From the NCBI GenBank assembly GCA_026225015.1, contig JAMFRY010000062.1, forward strand, positions 1-56,728: a DNA stretch of 56,728 nucleotides, in the 5' to 3' direction. The stretch comes from Alphaproteobacteria bacterium. Its GTDB lineage: Bacteria > Pseudomonadota > Alphaproteobacteria > Acetobacterales > Acetobacteraceae. The position numbers and the translations under genes were made by a program. Shown one piece after another: positions 29,904-42,191 of the stretch (the first letter of the stretch is position 1; each line of letters starts with the position of its first letter). The notes under the pieces are model-generated. The model made no database searches and had not been told where the DNA came from. It saw nothing but the letters and a program-made list of their open reading frames with translations.

Positions 29904-31054
29904 TCAGCTACGCCATTGACGCGCACCGTCCGTTCCGCGACCGTTCCTTTGGCCTGGTGCGCAAATTCCTGCGCATCAACTGGCTGTTCGTGCTGTGCGT
30001 CTGCGCCCTGGCGGGGGTCGGCTACGCGGCGCTCTATTCCGCCGCCGGCGGCGCGACGGACCCCTACGCCAACAGCCAGCTCACCCGTTTCCTCTCCGGC
30101 CTGCTGCTGATGATCGCCATCGCGCTGGTCGATATAAGATTTATCGCCAAACTCTCCTGGCCGAGCTATCTTGTCGGCATCCTTTTGCTCCTCGCAGTCG
30201 CCAAATTCGGTCATACTGGCCTCGGCGCCAAGCGCTGGATGAGCGTCGGCGGTGTCGAAATCCAGCCCAGCGAGCTGATGAAGCTCTTCCTCATTCTGGC
30301 CATCGCCGCCTGGTTCCAACGCAGCTCCTACCAGCGCGCCGGCAATATTTTTTTCCTTGTGCCGCCCATCCTCGCCATCCTGCTGCCCGTCGCGCTGATC
30401 CTCAAGGAACCCAATCTCGGCACCGCCGTCATCACCGCCATCATCGGCGCCACGGTGATGCTCGGCGGCGGCGTGCGCTGGTGGAAATTCGCTTTGGTCA
30501 TCGCCGTCATCGCCATCGCGACGCCACTGATTTTCGACCACCTGCTCGACTACCAGCGCGCCCGCATCATTACCTTCATGAATCCCGGCGCCGACCCGCT
30601 GGGTGCCGGCTACAACATCATCCAGTCAAAAATCGCCCTCGGCGCCGGCGGTTTTTCCGGCCAGGGTTTTTTGCACGGTACCCAAAACCAGCTCAATTTT
30701 CTGCCGGAGAAGCAAACCGATTTCGTCTTCACCATCATCGCCGAGGAATTCGGCTTCATCGGCAGCATGTTTGTGCTCGGCCTGCTATTCGCGATCTCCG
30801 CCATTGCCCTCTACACGGCCTTGCGCTGCAACAACCAATACGGCCGCCTGGTGGCGCTTGGGCTGGGCATGAACTTCTTCCTGTACTGCGCGGTGAATCT
30901 TTCCATGGTCATGGGCCTCATCCCGGTCGGCGGCGTGCCGATCCCGCTGGTCTCTTATGGCGGTTCCGCCGTCACCGCCGTCATGCTCGGCTTCGGGGTG
31001 TTGATGTCGGTCCACGTTCACCGCGACGTAGAGTTCCAGGTTGAAGAGTTTTGA
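29900..31054 (+). CDS. rodA: Rod shape-determining SEDS protein RodA
   Basis: GAKRW, QPSELMK, GAGYNIIQSKIALG, FLPEKQTDF, PLVSYGGS; ATGA overlap with mrdA. Confidence 0.95.
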   Translation: MISYAIDAHRPFRDRSFGLVRKFLRINWLFVLCVCALAGVGYAALYSAAGGATDPYANSQLTRFLSGLLLMIAIALVDIRFIAKLSWPSYLVGILLLLAVAKFGHTGLGAKRWMSVGGVEIQPSELMKLFLILAIAAWFQRSSYQRAGNIFFLVPPILAILLPVALILKEPNLGTAVITAIIGATVMLGGGVRWWKFALVIAVIAIATPLIFDHLLDYQRARIITFMNPGADPLGAGYNIIQSKIALGAGGFSGQGFLHGTQNQLNFLPEKQTDFVFTIIAEEFGFIGSMFVLGLLFAISAIALYTALRCNNQYGRLVALGLGMNFFLYCAVNLSMVMGLIPVGGVPIPLVSYGGSAVTAVMLGFGVLMSVHVHRDVEFQVEEF

Positions 31055-31063
31055 AGATGCCCC

Positions 31064-31114
31064 CGTCACCCCCCGCGAAGGCGCGTATGCACGCCGCGGG
31101 GCATCCACGACTTT
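31064..31114 (+). repeat. CGTC-type REP-like palindrome (with an inserted inner hairpin)
   Basis: CGTCACCCCCCGCGAAGGCG[CGTATGCACGCCGCG]GGGCATCCACGACTT; homologous to 37594-37628. Confidence 0.75.
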
Positions 31115-31133
31115 TTAACTAGACACTCCACCC

Positions 31134-31928
31134 ATGACCCTCCTCGTCTTCGATTCCGGCATTGGCGGCCTCGGCGTCGTCGCGGAAATCCGCAAGCTTC
31201 AACCGGAGACGAATATCACCTACCTCGCCGATAACGGCTTCTACCCCTATGGCGAAAAGCCCGACGACGTTCTGATCGCCAGAATCCTGAAAATCATCGG
31301 CCTTGGCGTTGCGCGCACCAACCCCGACGCCATCGTCATCGCCTGCAACACCGCCAGCACCGTCGCCCTCGGCCATTTGCGCGAGAGCTTCCCGCAACCT
31401 TTCATCGGCTGCGTACCGCCCATCAAACCCGCCGCCGCCGCCAGCCGCACCCGCCATATCGGCCTGCTCGCCACCGCCGCCACCATCCGCCGCCCCTATC
31501 TCGCGGACCTTAAGCAAAAATTCGCCGCCGGCTGCGTGGTCCACAGCTTTGGTACCCCCACCCTCGCCGACTTCGCCGAGCAAAAATTTCGCGGCGCTCC
31601 CTTCAGCCTCGCCGCGCTCTCCGCCGCCATCGCCCCGCTCCTCAGCCAACCAGGCGCCGAATTGATCGACGCCATCGCATTAGGCTGCACCCACTACACC
31701 TTCCTGCTCCCCGAATTGCGCGCGCTTCACCCCAACATCCAATGGTTCGACCCCGCCAACCCGGTCGCCCGGCAGGCCAACGCCGTCACCCACCACCTGC
31801 CGACCTCGACGCCGGCGCCGCACCCTGGCACGGCCTTGTTCACTGCCGCGCTCGCCGATGCGGAAATCATGGGCGCCAATTTCAAACCTTACGGGTTCGC
31901 AAATTTATTGCACCTCGCGCCAGAATAG
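31134..31928 (+). CDS. murI: Glutamate racemase
   Basis: FDSGIGGL, PYGEK, IACNTAST, LGCTHY. Confidence 0.95.
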   Translation: MTLLVFDSGIGGLGVVAEIRKLQPETNITYLADNGFYPYGEKPDDVLIARILKIIGLGVARTNPDAIVIACNTASTVALGHLRESFPQPFIGCVPPIKPAAAASRTRHIGLLATAATIRRPYLADLKQKFAAGCVVHSFGTPTLADFAEQKFRGAPFSLAALSAAIAPLLSQPGAELIDAIALGCTHYTFLLPELRALHPNIQWFDPANPVARQANAVTHHLPTSTPAPHPGTALFTAALADAEIMGANFKPYGFANLLHLAPE

Positions 31929-31930
31929 AC

Positions 31931-31952
31931 TAAACTAACTGGACTTAGTTTA
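31931..31952. promoter_or_regulatory. Palindromic operator upstream of the Phd-VapC module
   Basis: TAAACTAA-CTGGAC-TTAGTTTA, 12 nt before the antitoxin ATG. Confidence 0.6.
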
Positions 31953-31964
31953 CCGGGGCGTGAA

Positions 31965-32198
31965 ATGATTACAGTCAATATCCACGAAGCAAAGACAAAC
32001 CTATCGCGCCTGATTGAGCAGGCGGTTAAAGGTGAGCCATTCATTATCGCCAAGGCCGGCAAGCCTTTGGTGAAAGTAACCGCCTTGGATGCTCCTAAAG
32101 CGCCCAAGCGCCTGGGTTTTTTGGAAGGCGAATTCACGGTGCCAGACGATTTCGATCGTTTTGCCGAAGACGAGATTTTAGCGCTGTTCGAAGGGTGA
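31965..32198 (+). CDS. Phd/YefM-family antitoxin
   Basis: VNIHEAKTNLSRLIE..GEPFIIAKAGKPLVKV. Confidence 0.92.
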   Translation: MITVNIHEAKTNLSRLIEQAVKGEPFIIAKAGKPLVKVTALDAPKAPKRLGFLEGEFTVPDDFDRFAEDEILALFEG

Positions 32199-32581
32199 AG
32201 TTGCTCACGGATACGAATATCCTCGTTCTGGCCGCAATTGATCCAGGCCGGCTGTCGGTTGCGGCCCGCGCATTACTGCTGGATCAGGAAAATGAGCTGT
32301 CTTTCAGTGCCGCAAACATCTGGGAGGTTGCCATAAAGCATGCACTGGGGCGCGCCAGTTTCCGGCTCGACCCGGGTATTCTATACAAGGCTTTGATAGA
32401 AAACGGCTATCTCGAACTTCCGGTCATCAGCGCGCACGGCATCGCCGCGAGCACGCTGCCGCGCATCCACAAAGACCCGTTCGACCGTTTGCTGATCGCC
32501 CAGGCAGCCGTCGAAGGCATGGTATTGCTTACGAGCGACGCCATTCTTTCAAAATATCCCGGCCCCGTGCGGTTGGTCTGA
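32195..32581 (+). CDS. VapC-family PIN toxin
   Basis: LLTDTN, SAANIWEVAIK, HKDPFDRLLIAQA..E..LLTSD; GTGA overlap. Confidence 0.92.
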   Translation: MKLLTDTNILVLAAIDPGRLSVAARALLLDQENELSFSAANIWEVAIKHALGRASFRLDPGILYKALIENGYLELPVISAHGIAASTLPRIHKDPFDRLLIAQAAVEGMVLLTSDAILSKYPGPVRLV

Positions 32582-32582
32582 A

Positions 32583-32990
32583 ATGGTTGCCGTGATCCGG
32601 ATTGCGGCCGCGCTGATTCTGAATGCTGCCGGCCAAACGCTGCTGGTACGCAAAGCAGGGTCGCAAAGCTACATGCAAGCGGGCGGAAAAATCGACAACG
32701 ATGAAACGCCGATGGAAGCGCTCCAAAGGGAACTGATGGAAGAACTGAACCTCGAGATCGACCCTTCCGCCACCGAGTATCTCGGCCGTTTTTCGGCCAA
32801 GGCCGCAAACGAACCGGATTCGATCGTCGAAGCCGAATTGTTTTGCTTAAAAACTGAAGTGCCCATAACCCCAGGCGCGGAAATCGCGGAGGCGGTCTGG
32901 ATCACGCCTTCGGCAAATCTCGATTTACCACTCGCTCCTCTTACCCGCGACAAGGTTCTCCCGCTCGCCGCCGGCGGCGCGGCGCGTTAA
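32583..32990 (+). CDS. NUDIX hydrolase (MutT-like)
   Basis: LLVRK..MQAGGKID..ETPMEALQRELMEEL. Confidence 0.88.
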   Translation: MVAVIRIAAALILNAAGQTLLVRKAGSQSYMQAGGKIDNDETPMEALQRELMEELNLEIDPSATEYLGRFSAKAANEPDSIVEAELFCLKTEVPITPGAEIAEAVWITPSANLDLPLAPLTRDKVLPLAAGGAAR

Positions 32991-34321
32991 CCAGAGTCCG
33001 GACGTTGCAGCGCCAACCGTTCCAGCGCCGCGCAACCGCGCGGGCCGGCAGCCGCCGGGCTAGATACGCCCTCGAATTGCATGGAGGGTGAACCCGGACT
33101 CTGCCAAATAACTTCCCCGTTCGCCGCGGGCTTTTTCAATAACGGCTTGGTCATCCGCCCCAGCACCCGGGTCCAGGTCTGATCCACCCAGACCAGCGGC
33201 ACCGCGCACAACAACGTCAGCGCCACGCTGATCCCGGCCGCGATCAACGCGCTGTTCGTCTTGCCCACCACCCCAAGCGCCCCGTTAAAGCTGGTCGCCC
33301 CAGCGGAGAGCATGATCGGCCCATGCAGCAGATAAATGGGAAAGGACAGCAACCCCAGCCATACCGCCCAGCTCTTCGAGAACACCCGCCGCAAAAACGG
33401 ATTGCCCAGCAGCAGTAAAATCATCAGCGCCGCGCCCGCATCCCAGACGAAATGCGACGTATCGCCAATCGGCAGCACGGCCTTGATCGGCGCATGGATC
33501 AGCAATTTCTGCTCATAGGTGAAGCTGAACAGATAGATCGCAACCACGCCCAATATCGCCGCCTGCCAGTTCTTGAAATTCGGCATCCGGTTTTCGGCGA
33601 ACAGCATCGCCAACACCACGCCCACCAGAAAATCGCTGAGATAGGTCACCGGATAGCTGGCGCCGGCCCAAACCATCACCAGCACGATCAGCGAGAGCCG
33701 CAACGCCCAGCTGCGGATCGCAAAAAGCACCGGCGCCGCCATAAAGATCGCGAAGCTGCCGAACAGCTCGATCCGCATGGTCCAAAGCGGTGAGTCGAAA
33801 TGCACATCGCCGAACAGGAACACCTGGTATAGCCCCTCGCGCAGCGCATCGAACCAGCCGACATCCGGATGTCCCTCGATTGGCGCGTTCCCATGCGTCG
33901 CCATCCATTTTGCGCCGATCACGTGCGCGGCCATCTTGTAGTTGTCATGGCTGATCAAAATCATCATCCAGGCAAACAGACAGGCAATGGTTGTCAGCAT
34001 CGCCAGCCGCGGCCAGCGTTTCAGCAAGGCGACCCCCACCCGCCAGATACTGCGATCCTTCGAAAACGGCAGGCTAAGAATAAAACCCGACAGCACGAAG
34101 AACACCGCCACCGCGGCGCCGCCATTCAGCAACCCCAGCCCGAACTGCAGCAGCACATCGAAGCCGCCATGCCCATGCGGCACTACGCCGACGCCCTTCT
34201 GGGTAAAGCCCAGCACCAGATGGTACAGCACGACAATTGCTGCCGCGATTCCGCGCAATCCCTCCAGCGGCACCAATTTACCTGTCTTGCCCGAATTTTC
34301 GGTTTGCTGTGCTGCGCTCAT
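32987..34321 (-). CDS. Acyltransferase-3 (OafA-like) membrane O-acyltransferase
   Basis: [46 protein letters not shown]; start uncertain. Confidence 0.88.
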   Translation of the reverse strand: MSAAQQTENSGKTGKLVPLEGLRGIAAAIVVLYHLVLGFTQKGVGVVPHGHGGFDVLLQFGLGLLNGGAAVAVFFVLSGFILSLPFSKDRSIWRVGVALLKRWPRLAMLTTIACLFAWMMILISHDNYKMAAHVIGAKWMATHGNAPIEGHPDVGWFDALREGLYQVFLFGDVHFDSPLWTMRIELFGSFAIFMAAPVLFAIRSWALRLSLIVLVMVWAGASYPVTYLSDFLVGVVLAMLFAENRMPNFKNWQAAILGVVAIYLFSFTYEQKLLIHAPIKAVLPIGDTSHFVWDAGAALMILLLLGNPFLRRVFSKSWAVWLGLLSFPIYLLHGPIMLSAGATSFNGALGVVGKTNSALIAAGISVALTLLCAVPLVWVDQTWTRVLGRMTKPLLKKPAANGEVIWQSPGSPSMQFEGVSSPAAAGPRGCAALERLALQRPDSG

Positions 34322-34414
34322 GTCATGACATACATCGCTGCAAAGCTGGCAGAATTCAAATTTCCCGCGCATTGCAAATGGTTGAGCTGGGCGGGTAAAC
34401 AGCCTTTGTCTCGT

Positions 34415-37010
<2,596 letters not shown>

Positions 37011-37027
<17 letters not shown>

Positions 37028-37526
37028 ATCAACGCTGCTCTGCGCGGCAGCCCTTGCCCTTACCGGCTGCGGCTTTACGCCGCTTTACGGCGATAATGGC
37101 GCCACCGTGCAGCAGCAGATGGACGAAGTTGCGGTTGGAATCATCCCCGAGCGCACCGGCCAGTTATTGCGCCAATCCCTGCAGGACCAGCTTCAAACTG
37201 CCGGCGCGCCCGCTCAGGAACTTTATATCCTGAACGTAAGCTACAGCATCGGCGCGGAGGGCATCGGCGTCCAGCCCGATACTTCCACCAGCCGCACGCG
37301 CTTTATCGCCAAGGCAAGCTGGACCTTGGCGCCCATCGGCAGCCCGCACACCCCGCTCGTCAGGGGCCAGGCCAGCACCGAAGACGCGCTCAACGTCGTC
37401 GACCAGCAATATTTTGCGGGGACGCTGGAAACCAGCACCATCGACCAGCAAGTCGCCAATGAGATCGCCGCGCAGATTTCCACGCAAGTCGCGGCATACT
37501 TCAAAACACACCCGAATGCCGGATAA
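37011..37526 (+). CDS. lptE: LPS assembly lipoprotein LptE
   Basis: Lipobox [11 protein letters not shown]; between leuS and holA. Confidence 0.88.
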
Positions 37527-37593
37527 GGTGGCGTGTTCTTTTTCTGAAGAGGGCCAGGCCCCCTCAGGGGCTTTGGCAACACCGCCGCAACAC

Positions 37594-37628
37594 CGTCATC
37601 TCCCGCGAAGGCGGGGGATCCACGACTT
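37594..37628 (+). repeat. CGTC-type REP-like palindrome, preceded by a partial family-A arm (37527-37551)
   Basis: CGTCATCTCCCGCGAAGGCGGGGGATCCACGACTT. Confidence 0.75.
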
Positions 37629-37649
37629 CCTCCCTTCGCTCTCATCGCC

Positions 37650-38666
37650 ATGAAAATCGACGCCGCGCGGATCGACTCATTTCTAAAAAATCCCGGAGCC
37701 ACCAGCGTTGTTCTAATTTACGGCCCCGATTCCGGCCTGGTCTCCGAGCGCGCGCTCACGCTCGTCAAATCCGTGCTGGGCAACATGGACGATCCGTTTC
37801 GTTACGCAGAAATAACCGATTCGTCGCGCCTTCTGGAAGAAGCAACCGCCGCCTCCCTCACCGGCGGCCGGCGCGTCGTCCGCCTGCGTGATGCCGGCGA
37901 GACTGCGTTAAAACCCACCGAGGCGCTACTGAAAAACCCAGCCGACGCGCTGGTGATTCTCGAAGCCGGCGAGCTCCCCCCTAAATCCAAATTGCGGGCT
38001 CTGGCGGAAAAAAGCCCGGCCACCGCCGCACTTGCCTGCTATGCCGTCGATGCCGCCAGGCTGCCGCGCATCATCACCGAAAGATTGCGCGCCCATGGCG
38101 TCACCATCGGCGCAGAAGCAGCTGCGTGGGTTGCGGGCAACATCAGCGGCGAGGAAGGCGCGATTCGCCAGGCGGTGGAGCTTCTCTACCTCTATGCGGG
38201 CCCCAATGGCTCCATGTCGCTCAGCGATGTTTCGGCCGCCTTGCCCGATAGCGGTGACGCCTCGATCCAGGAAGCGATCGACGCCATCCTCACCGGCAAT
38301 CCGCCCGCCGCCGACCGCGCCATCTCGCTCGCCTATGACGAAGGCGTTTCCCCCGTCGCCATCCTGCGTGTGCTGCTCTCCGAGTTGATGCGCCTGCGCA
38401 TTGCCGCCGCCGCGCTTGGGCCCGACACCTCCATCCAGGACGCCATAAGCAGCCTTCGCCCCCCAATCTTTTTCAAGCGCGTCCCCATCCTCACCCGCGC
38501 CCTTGGGCTCTGGTCGCAGGCAGCATTGACCGAGGCGATCAAAGCGGCGCTCGCCGCCGAAGCCGCCTGCAAATCCACCCATATGCCAGACCTTGCCTAT
38601 TGCCGCCAAACCCTGCTCGCCCTTGCCTCCAGAGCCCGCACCGCCGCGAAAAGTAGGATGGGCTGA
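37650..38666 (+). CDS. holA: DNA polymerase III delta subunit
   Basis: LIYGPDSGLVSER, SLTGGRRVVRL, SKLRAL.E, RPPIFFKR; leuS-lptE-holA synteny. Confidence 0.92.
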   Translation: MKIDAARIDSFLKNPGATSVVLIYGPDSGLVSERALTLVKSVLGNMDDPFRYAEITDSSRLLEEATAASLTGGRRVVRLRDAGETALKPTEALLKNPADALVILEAGELPPKSKLRALAEKSPATAALACYAVDAARLPRIITERLRAHGVTIGAEAAAWVAGNISGEEGAIRQAVELLYLYAGPNGSMSLSDVSAALPDSGDASIQEAIDAILTGNPPAADRAISLAYDEGVSPVAILRVLLSELMRLRIAAAALGPDTSIQDAISSLRPPIFFKRVPILTRALGLWSQAALTEAIKAALAAEAACKSTHMPDLAYCRQTLLALASRARTAAKSRMG

Positions 38667-38684
38667 GCGCCAGCGAAGCCCATC
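38653..38684 (+). repeat. GTAG-type REP
   Basis: GTAGGATGGGCTGAGCGCCAGCGAAGCCCATC; overlaps the holA stop codon. Confidence 0.85.
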
Positions 38685-38777
38685 GATGGCAGGAATTCGT
38701 CCAATTGAACCAGGATTGATTAGCATCCGTCATAGCTGCGTTGTATTTCCACATCCAACAACCTGTTGGAATAAAAA

Positions 38778-39647
38778 ATGTCCAAGCCAAACGCCTTGTT
38801 GGTTCGAATGCCGCCTTTGCGCTTCGGGGCCTTGCCTCATACGCTTGCAGCAGTGGTTGCGGTGGCTTTCACTCTTATAGCGCCGCTTCCGGCCCCGGCG
38901 GCATCGGCGCCCATTCTGCCGTTGGCTATGGCATCCAGCACCAACGACCTGCAGCGCGCGGTCTGGGCCTGCGAGGCAGCCGCCCCATCGCTTTCCAAGC
39001 CGGGCAGTGCAGACGGCACGCGCTTCTTCTTGGGCACCGTGGAGAACACGCCGCCCCAGGCGGAGAAGCCGCCACTGCTGTTGCTTGGACTGCGACTCTT
39101 AGGGTTCGGGCAGATCTCAAACAATCAGGGCTGGTTCAATATTAGGTTCGACTGCGCGCTGCGTCCGGATTTCATGCAGGCCAAGGAATTTAACGCCGCC
39201 CTCCTCGGTCCTGCGCGCGTGACCGAGCCATCGTCAGTCCAACCAAGCCTCGCCCCCGCGCCAATGCGCTGGTCCGTCACAGGCGCAACTTCCCTGCAAC
39301 TCGTTCACGCTGCAGGTCAAACCTGGGATTTTCGCGCGACTTGCGTCCGTAGCAGCGGGCTGATCGAAATCCACCTGCCGCATTCCCTTCAGCGGCTAGA
39401 GCCCGGCAATTTTTTCGTGACCAGTATCACAGACGGCCCGGGCTCCGCTCTATATGTCGCGCAAACCGGCTCCGGAACGGCAGATGCCGCCCTGCCGGGC
39501 TTCGCCATCCAAGCCGCTGACCCGCTTTGGCGCTGGATCGGCCCGGGCAAATCCCTGCACATCAATCTCGGCGGCGAGGTCGTCTACGACGTCAACCAGG
39601 ATGATAGCGGCAAGGTGCTCGCAGGTTTCCTGCAAGCGTGCCGCTAA
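38778..39647 (+). CDS. Hypothetical exported two-domain protein
   Basis: Signal-like hydrophobic N-terminus, 4 Cys; N-domain WFNIRFDC loosely DUF930-like; start uncertain. Confidence 0.65.
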   Translation: MSKPNALLVRMPPLRFGALPHTLAAVVAVAFTLIAPLPAPAASAPILPLAMASSTNDLQRAVWACEAAAPSLSKPGSADGTRFFLGTVENTPPQAEKPPLLLLGLRLLGFGQISNNQGWFNIRFDCALRPDFMQAKEFNAALLGPARVTEPSSVQPSLAPAPMRWSVTGATSLQLVHAAGQTWDFRATCVRSSGLIEIHLPHSLQRLEPGNFFVTSITDGPGSALYVAQTGSGTADAALPGFAIQAADPLWRWIGPGKSLHINLGGEVVYDVNQDDSGKVLAGFLQACR

Positions 39648-39654
39648 AATTCGC

Positions 39655-39663
39655 TGTGGATAA
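39655..39663 (+). promoter_or_regulatory. Perfect DnaA box
   Basis: TGTGGATAA, about 40 bp from parS. Confidence 0.5.
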
Positions 39664-39704
39664 GTTCCGAATTCCTTAATTGTATCAAGAGTTTGCGGCC
39701 AAAA

Positions 39705-39720
39705 TGTTCCACGTGGAACA
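39705..39720. other. parS: parS centromere-like site
   Basis: Perfect palindrome TGTTCCACGTGGAACA immediately 3' of parB. Confidence 0.9.
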
Positions 39721-39723
39721 TCT

Positions 39724-40599
39724 CTAGCCATTCAGCAGCGCCAGAACCTCATCCAACTGATCCAGGCTTTTATAGTTGATAATGATCGCGCCACCCTTGC
39801 CGTTGAAGGTCACACTCACGCTCACCCCAAGCTTTTCGCTCAAGCTGCGCGCCAGCGCCTCGGTTTCCGGGTCTGCATGCGGTTTGGCGCGGGGAATCAC
39901 CCCGGCCTTTCCACCCGGAAAGGTGCGGCCGAAATTGCTCACAATATCCTCGGTCTGCCGGACCGAGAGATTTTCCTTGATGATTCGGTTGGCGAGCGAT
40001 AACGGGTTGGGATGCGTCGATAAGGCGCGCGCATGGCCGAAGGACAGGCCGCCATCACGGACAAATTCAAGCACCTGCGGCGGCAGATTCAAAATGCGCA
40101 GGCTGTTGCTGATATGCGCCCGGCTCTTGCCGATCGCCTCCGCCAGCGTTTCATGCGTCATACTGAATTCCTTCAGCAAGCGCTGATAGCCGCTCGCCTC
40201 TTCGACCGGGTTTAAATCCTGGCGCTGCAAATTCTCCACCAACCCGGCCGCCATCGCATCGCTGTCGGAAAGCTCGCGCACCAGCACCGGCACCTCATGC
40301 AACTGCGCCTGCTGCGCCGCCCGCCAACGCCGCTCGCCGGCGATGATCTGATAATGGCCGGGCTTCTTGGGGTTCGGCCGCACCAGCAAGGGCTGCAAAA
40401 TGCCGCGCTGGATAATCGAGGCCGCCAATTCCTCCAACGCCTCCGCCCCCATCTCCCGCCTGGGTTGAAACGGACTCGGCTCCAGAACCTCCACGCCCAG
40501 GCTTTGTACCCCTGGCGCGGTTACCGTGGCCGGCAAGGCGGAATCACCCAGTAAAGCCGCAAGCCCGCGACCTAGACGCCTTGGTTGTTCCTTGATCAT
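39724..40599 (-). CDS. parB: Chromosome partitioning protein ParB/Spo0J
   Basis: RLGRGLAALLG, QPR, IIAGERRWRAAQ, ENLQRQDLNPVEEA, GKSRAHISNSLRIL HTH. Confidence 0.96.
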   Translation of the reverse strand: MIKEQPRRLGRGLAALLGDSALPATVTAPGVQSLGVEVLEPSPFQPRREMGAEALEELAASIIQRGILQPLLVRPNPKKPGHYQIIAGERRWRAAQQAQLHEVPVLVRELSDSDAMAAGLVENLQRQDLNPVEEASGYQRLLKEFSMTHETLAEAIGKSRAHISNSLRILNLPPQVLEFVRDGGLSFGHARALSTHPNPLSLANRIIKENLSVRQTEDIVSNFGRTFPGGKAGVIPRAKPHADPETEALARSLSEKLGVSVSVTFNGKGGAIIINYKSLDQLDEVLALLNG

Positions 40600-40614
40600 G
40601 CAAAGTCCCTAAAC

Positions 40615-40777
40615 AAAGTGAAGGACTTCTTTTTTGAAAAAAAGAAGCAAAAAACTTTTATTACTCTATAGTTTGCTTGGGGCACAATCTGAGCGCCAAC
40701 GCAAACGCAGTGCAAATACAAGTATTTTGCTTCGGGGCCGCGTCGATGGGCTTCGCCGAAGGCTCAGCCCATCCTAC
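40615..40777. repeat. Composite repeat: family A element with a GTAG-REP (40745-40777) replacing its right arm
   Basis: CTTCTTTTTTGAAAAAAAGAAGCAAAAAACTTTT ... AAGTATTTTGCTTC then GATGGGCTTCGCCGAAGGCTCAGCCCATCCTAC. Confidence 0.8.
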
Positions 40778-40781
40778 ACAA

Positions 40782-42185
40782 CTAATGTCCGGCGTTTGCG
40801 CCTGAGAAATCGGCTTCCAAACCCGATGCCGCGAGCTGGGCGGCCAGAATGCCTTTCAGTCTTTCAAGCCCGGCCTCCGAGCCTGACTCCGCGCGGGCAA
40901 CCAGAACCGCCTGGGTGTTGGAGGCCCGCAACAGCCACCAGCCATCTGGCGTGTTCACGCGCACGCCATCCGTGTCGGAAACCTTCTCGCCGGCCGCCTT
41001 CAGCCGCTCGGCCACTTCCCTAACCACCGCAAATTTGCGATCCTCGGCGCAGTCGAAGCGCAGTTCCGGTGTGTTGACCACTTGCGGCAGGCTCTCCCGG
41101 AACGCCGCTACCGATTCCGTGCCGCGGGCGATCACGCCAAGCAGTCTAACCGCGGCATAGAGCGCATCGTCGAACCCATACCATTTGTCGTTATAGAAAA
41201 TATGGCCCGACATCTCGCCCGCCAGCGGGGATTTTTCCTCGGCCATTTTGGATTTGATCAGGCTATGGCCGGTTTTCCACATCAACGGCGTGCCGCCGGC
41301 CTTGGCGATCTCATCGAACAAAACCTGGCTGGCTTTGACATCGGCGATGATGGTGCCGCCCGGATGCGATTTCAGCACATCGCGCGCCATCAGAATCAGG
41401 AACTGATCGCCGAACAAAATCTCGCCGGTATTATCGACAATGCCAATCCGATCGGCATCGCCATCGAACGCCACCCCGACATCCGCACCCTTCTCGGCAA
41501 CCGCAGCGATCAACTGTTCGAGGTTTTTCGGCACGGTCGGATCGGGGTGATGCGCCGGAAAATTACCGTCAATCACCGCATTCAGAATCGTATGCTCGCC
41601 GGGCAGAACTTTAAGAAGTTTCTCCAGCACCTCGCCGGCCGCGCCATTGCCGTTATCCCAGACGATTTTAAGTTTCCTGTCGCCGTCCCAATCCTGCAGC
41701 AACCGGGCAATATAGGCTTCGCTCACATCCTTGCGGATCACCGAGCCCTCTGCCTCGGGCACGACATTGCCAATGGCAGAGCGGGCGCCGAGGTCAAGGA
41801 TCGCCGGGCCGAAAAACGGCTTCTTGCCCAGCATCATCTTGAAGCCATTATAGTTCGATGGATTATGGCTCCCCGTCACCATCACCGCGCCATCGGTATG
41901 CTCGGTAAAAGCCGCAAAATACAGCATCGGCGTCGGCCCCAGGCCAATCGAGATGACCTCTGCGCCGCTGGCCACCAAGCCTTCGATCAGCTTGGCTTCC
42001 AGACTCGGCGAAGACAATCTGCCGTCCCGCCCCACCGCAACGCGCTTGCCGCCGGCATCGGCGACGATCGAGCCAAACGTCCGGCCGATGGCATAGGCAT
42101 CCGCCTCCAGAAGCGTCTCCCCAACAATGCCGCGAATGTCGTATTCGCGCAGCGAGCTGGCGTTGAATTTATGCGAAAAGGTCAT
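40782..42185 (-). CDS. Phosphomannomutase/phosphoglucomutase (AlgC/ExoC-like)
   Basis: REYDIRG, VTGSHNP, FDGDADR, GEMSGH, LRASNTQ. Confidence 0.95.
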   Translation of the reverse strand: MTFSHKFNASSLREYDIRGIVGETLLEADAYAIGRTFGSIVADAGGKRVAVGRDGRLSSPSLEAKLIEGLVASGAEVISIGLGPTPMLYFAAFTEHTDGAVMVTGSHNPSNYNGFKMMLGKKPFFGPAILDLGARSAIGNVVPEAEGSVIRKDVSEAYIARLLQDWDGDRKLKIVWDNGNGAAGEVLEKLLKVLPGEHTILNAVIDGNFPAHHPDPTVPKNLEQLIAAVAEKGADVGVAFDGDADRIGIVDNTGEILFGDQFLILMARDVLKSHPGGTIIADVKASQVLFDEIAKAGGTPLMWKTGHSLIKSKMAEEKSPLAGEMSGHIFYNDKWYGFDDALYAAVRLLGVIARGTESVAAFRESLPQVVNTPELRFDCAEDRKFAVVREVAERLKAAGEKVSDTDGVRVNTPDGWWLLRASNTQAVLVARAESGSEAGLERLKGILAAQLAASGLEADFSGANAGH

Positions 42186-42191
42186 GATTCC

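Noticed and set aside
33869-34414. Apparent 182-aa N-terminal extension of LeuS
   Set aside because: Overlaps the acyltransferase on the opposite strand; LeuS homology starts at about 34455
40634-41023. Small Lys/Phe-rich ORFs (KKRSKKLLLL, RFFFCRKRSKKT, FLLLFLQKKE; also 863-1144 and 12369-12944)
   Set aside because: Translation artefacts of repeat family A
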